64,000 nucleotides of DNA from Nitrospirota bacterium (GTDB taxonomy: Bacteria; Nitrospirota; UBA9217), in assembly GCA_963741205.1 (NCBI GenBank), contig CAVUHW010000013.1, positions 96,001 through 160,000 of the forward strand, written 5' to 3'. Shown piece after piece: positions 61,075 to 64,000 of the stretch. Within the stretch, counting starts at the first letter, position 1. Every line of letters begins with the position of its first letter. The notes beneath the pieces are model-generated. The model saw nothing but the letters and a program-made list of their open reading frames with translations. It was not told the origin of the DNA and did not search any database. The position numbers were made by a program, and so were the translations under genes.

Positions 61075-62109
61075 ATGTCTGAATCCTCTGTCCCTTATAA
61101 AATTCGTGGCCTGGTGTTGACGGCCCTCTTGATCGTGCTCTGGCTCGTCCTGGGCATGGTCTTCCTGGAACGGTTCATCCCGCCCTTTGACCGGCTCGAG
61201 CCGTGGCTCATGCCGTGGAAGGGCCTGATCCCTCAGGAGGCCACTCTCGACCGGCGTCTTTATCTCATGCAGAGCCAGCTCGATGCGTCCAGCAGGGTCG
61301 CCCATTACGCGCTGGTCATCATGATCGCGTCCTTTGCCGCGCTCAGCATGTACTTGTCCGTCGTCTACCAGCAAAAGCAGAGGAGGGCGCGCGAGAACAT
61401 GCTGCTCATGCTGAAAAATCAGGAAATAGCCCGGCGCAACGAATTTATCCGCTATATCTCGGCGACCATCGGGCATGAATTCAAGAACAACCTGGGGAGG
61501 ATCAAACGGAGGATCGATCTGCTCCCCGATCTTCCGCCGGAGGCGCAGGAGCGCATCGACGACAACCTGGACAAGCTCTTTGCCGATATCGATATCTTCA
61601 AAAAGATCTCCGATAAACGCGAAGAGGGCCTCGTGGAGTTCAAGAATATCGACATCCAGGCCATGCTCGGCGATCTGACGCCTCATTACGGCGACCTCGC
61701 CGATATCACGACCGTCGAAGGGGCGACCGTGCCCATGATCTATGCCGCCCCGCCGCTCTTAAAGACGGTCTTTGAAAATCTGATCGACAACTCCATCAAG
61801 TATAAAAAACCGGACCAGGCCCGCGCGCGCGTGCGCGTCGCGTGCGAGATCGACCGGGACGGAACCAGGCGCTATGTGACGATTTCGTTCCGGGACGAGG
61901 GGATCGGCATGGACGAACAGCAGGCGGACCAGTGTTTTTACAAGGGGAGGACCACCGGCGAGGGATGGGGCCAGGGGCTTTACTATGTCAAATACGTCAT
62001 AGGCCTCCATGCCGGGAAAATCAGGATCGGGAAGGAATATACCGCCCCGGGGGTCGGCACGGAGATAATCATCAAACTCCCCTTCGTAGAGGAGGCGCCG
62101 GATGTTTAG
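61075..62109 (+). CDS. Membrane sensor histidine kinase (2 TM, short periplasmic loop)
   Basis: GHEFKNNL H-box, FENLIDNSIKY, DEGIGM, GWGQGL. Confidence 0.88.
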   Translation: MSESSVPYKIRGLVLTALLIVLWLVLGMVFLERFIPPFDRLEPWLMPWKGLIPQEATLDRRLYLMQSQLDASSRVAHYALVIMIASFAALSMYLSVVYQQKQRRARENMLLMLKNQEIARRNEFIRYISATIGHEFKNNLGRIKRRIDLLPDLPPEAQERIDDNLDKLFADIDIFKKISDKREEGLVEFKNIDIQAMLGDLTPHYGDLADITTVEGATVPMIYAAPPLLKTVFENLIDNSIKYKKPDQARARVRVACEIDRDGTRRYVTISFRDEGIGMDEQQADQCFYKGRTTGEGWGQGLYYVKYVIGLHAGKIRIGKEYTAPGVGTEIIIKLPFVEEAPDV

Positions 62110-62994
62110 GGTGCTGATCGCCGACGACGACTTCGAGGACCGGGAGCTGCTGAAACTCGAAATACAGAAAGCGCTTCAGCGAAGAGGAGCCCGACCTCCG
62201 GTTTCAGGAGGCGCCCAGCGTCCGGCAAGCCCTCAAGGTCCTGACGGCGCAGATCGTCGACCTGCTGACGCTCGATATCGAGTTTGACCGGCTGAACGAA
62301 GGCATCGACGCCCTGCCCGAGCTTTTCGAAACCTATCCGACGCTGAACATCATCGTCATCAGCGGCAAACTCGATAAAAGCGAGGTGTCGGAACGGCTCT
62401 TCCGCTTTACGAAGGACAACGTCCTGAAGGGCAAACGCTGGGCCCGGCATTTCGACGTCCTCGACAAGAAGGACGACAAAACCGAGGCCTTGCGCCGCGC
62501 CTATGCCTTTGCCGTCAAGCAGCGGGAGGGCGCGGACAGCATCCGGGAACTGTTTCTCCTTGCCGAATCCTATCTCGAGAAGAACATGCTCGACAAGTGC
62601 CTGGAGGTCTATCAGAAAATACAGCGCCTGGCCCCCGGCGAAGTAGAGTCGGGGGAGAACATCCGCATCGTCAAGGGGGACGTATCCGCACAGCAGGCGC
62701 TGGACTATTTCCGGGCAGGAGAGAAGGTCGTGGCCGCCCTACTGCTGGGCTATCATCTTGAAAACCGTCTGAGGGCGTTCACCGCAGCGGCGCTCGGCAC
62801 GGACGCTTCCGACGCTCATTGAAGGGTTGAAGGAGATGGACCAGGGCCGCCGCATCAGCCACTTCAAGAAGGAACTGTTCAGCGACCTGGTAGGCCTGCG
62901 AAACAAGGCCATCCACCAGCCGACCAACGTCACTGAGGCGGATTTCCAGGCGGCGGTGAAAAAACTTGCCCTGCTGGAGGAAACAGCGCCATGA
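62102..62994 (+). CDS. Response regulator REC-TPR-HEPN-like protein (frameshifts near 62177 and 62800)
   Basis: VLIADDD, LLTLDIEF, IVISG; TPR-like LAESYLEKNMLDKCLEVYQKI; YHLENRL...LVGLRNKAIHQ. Confidence 0.75.
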
Positions 62995-63638
62995 ACGTCA
63001 AGGCCCCATGGAAATACGTTCCGCCGCCGGGCCCGGTCCTCAGCCTCCTGCTGATCGGTTTGGTACTCTTGAGTTCTCTCCTCTATTACCGGTCGGTCAA
63101 GATCCAGCGGTTTCTGGAGCCCGCCCTTGCCCTGTCCCAGCCCCGGAACGAGTTCACCAAGAACATCAAGCAAATCATCCAGAAAGAGTTCGGGGCGGGC
63201 AAGATCGAGGGCCTCAATGTTAAGACGAGCTCGATTGTCATGGAAACGTCTCTGTTGTTTTCCCCCGACGGCCGCCTCAAGGCCTCGGCGCAGACCGATC
63301 TCCAGAAGCTTGCCCGTGTTTTTTTGGCGCTCATGAAGGATGACCACCTGAGGTCTGAGATCAGTCTCGTCCTGATCATCGGCCACTTTCCCGCATCCGG
63401 GGCAAGAGAGGCAAGCGTTGCGGAGAGGATGATGGTGGCGCGCATGGTCGCGTTCATACAGGACGCCCTGTTTAAGTTGGAGCCCGGTCTCGGAAAAGGA
63501 TACTCGACCTATTTTGCGGCCGCTGTCCGGCCGATGGATCCGCGCGAGGGAAACATAGGCGTCGTGGAGTTCCGCATCGTTCCGTCGGAATATCTGCACA
63601 TCGAGGTGCTGGAGAAATTGGAGAAGTATTCCCGTTGA
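62991..63638 (+). CDS. Single-TM protein with degenerate OmpA/MotB(ZorB)-like periplasmic domain
   Basis: TM, then LLF...L...LQKLARVF...ISLVLIIGH...VEFRI; ATGA overlap with the regulator. Confidence 0.62.
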   Translation: MNVKAPWKYVPPPGPVLSLLLIGLVLLSSLLYYRSVKIQRFLEPALALSQPRNEFTKNIKQIIQKEFGAGKIEGLNVKTSSIVMETSLLFSPDGRLKASAQTDLQKLARVFLALMKDDHLRSEISLVLIIGHFPASGAREASVAERMMVARMVAFIQDALFKLEPGLGKGYSTYFAAAVRPMDPREGNIGVVEFRIVPSEYLHIEVLEKLEKYSR

Positions 63639-63694
63639 GCGTCTCATACAGGTCAGCCGGCTTCACTGGAGAAGTAAGATAACCGCACCTAAGC

Positions 63695-63723
63695 TTGACA
63701 AGGGGGGGCGGATTTGTTAGAGT
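63695..63723 (+). promoter_or_regulatory. Putative sigma70 promoter
   Basis: TTGACA-17nt-TAGAGT, followed by SD AAGGAGG. Confidence 0.5.
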
Positions 63724-63762
63724 TGCGAAACTATTCCAATGGGGAAAGGAGGTGAAATCAAA

Positions 63763-64000
63763 ATGAAGAAGATCCTTACGTTCATCATTGCTGTTGTGTT
63801 CGCCATGACGTTCGGCGTTGCTTTCGCGGAAGACAAGCCGGGCGGCGAGGTCCATAAGGCCGAGAAGACGGAGAAGACCGAGAAGGTCGAGAAGACTGAA
63901 AAGGCCGGTGAGACCCATACAAACGCCAAAGGCGAGAAGGCCGAAACGCACAAACACAAGCAAAAGGGCAAGAAGAAGAAGACCGAGGCAGAGACGGCTG
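63763..64000 (+). CDS. Secreted low-complexity Lys/Glu-rich protein (3' truncated; not in ORF track)
   Basis: MKKILTFIIAVVFAMTFGVAFAEDK...EKTEKTEKVEKTEK; strong SD. Confidence 0.75.
   Translation, partial: MKKILTFIIAVVFAMTFGVAFAEDKPGGEVHKAEKTEKTEKVEKTEKAGETHTNAKGEKAETHKHKQKGKKKKTEAETA

Noticed and set aside
61075-63638. Canonical Zorya defence system
   Set aside because: No ZorA/MotA, ZorC, ZorD or ZorE; only a degenerate ZorB-like resemblance, reported separately as a finding.

Overview
Bacterial chromosomal window. Gene content (futalosine mqnB/mqnD, a Geobacter-type porin, heme-bearing sensors, CcdA) suggests an anaerobic Nitrospirota- or Deltaproteobacteria-like organism; this is inference, not a classification. 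Bases 1-13.6 kb hold the S10/spc/alpha ribosomal superoperon (rplW to rplQ, with secY, map, infA and rpoA; no adk). After it come two sensor kinases and a REC-GAF-HD-GYP regulator, an outer-membrane porin, fchA-folD, ccdA, a MerR regulator, a fused moaD-moaE, mqnD/mqnB divergent from aroC-aroK-aroB, ABC transporters, DUF1015-gap-pgk-tpiA-secG and an IorAB-type molybdoenzyme cluster with XdhC/MocA. An accessory tail contains LOG, DoxX, patatin, hicBA, an AEC transporter, a second aroK, a beta-propeller lipoprotein, a radical SAM protein and a cytochrome c peroxidase. Many genes, including essential secY and rpoA, are split by 1-bp indels, which points to an unpolished long-read assembly; split genes are therefore called CDS rather than pseudogenes. 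The best candidate for an undescribed system is a translationally coupled trio at 61.1-63.6 kb: a membrane histidine kinase, a REC-TPR-HEPN(RNxxxH) regulator and a degenerate MotB/ZorB-like membrane protein. Other notable items are a heme-c (CxxCH) sensor kinase with His-to-Tyr in its H-box, a ~44-bp self-nesting mini-element inserted at CA|CT, and a FolD lacking cyclohydrolase residues next to FchA. No rRNA, tRNA, CRISPR array or intact transposase was recognised.
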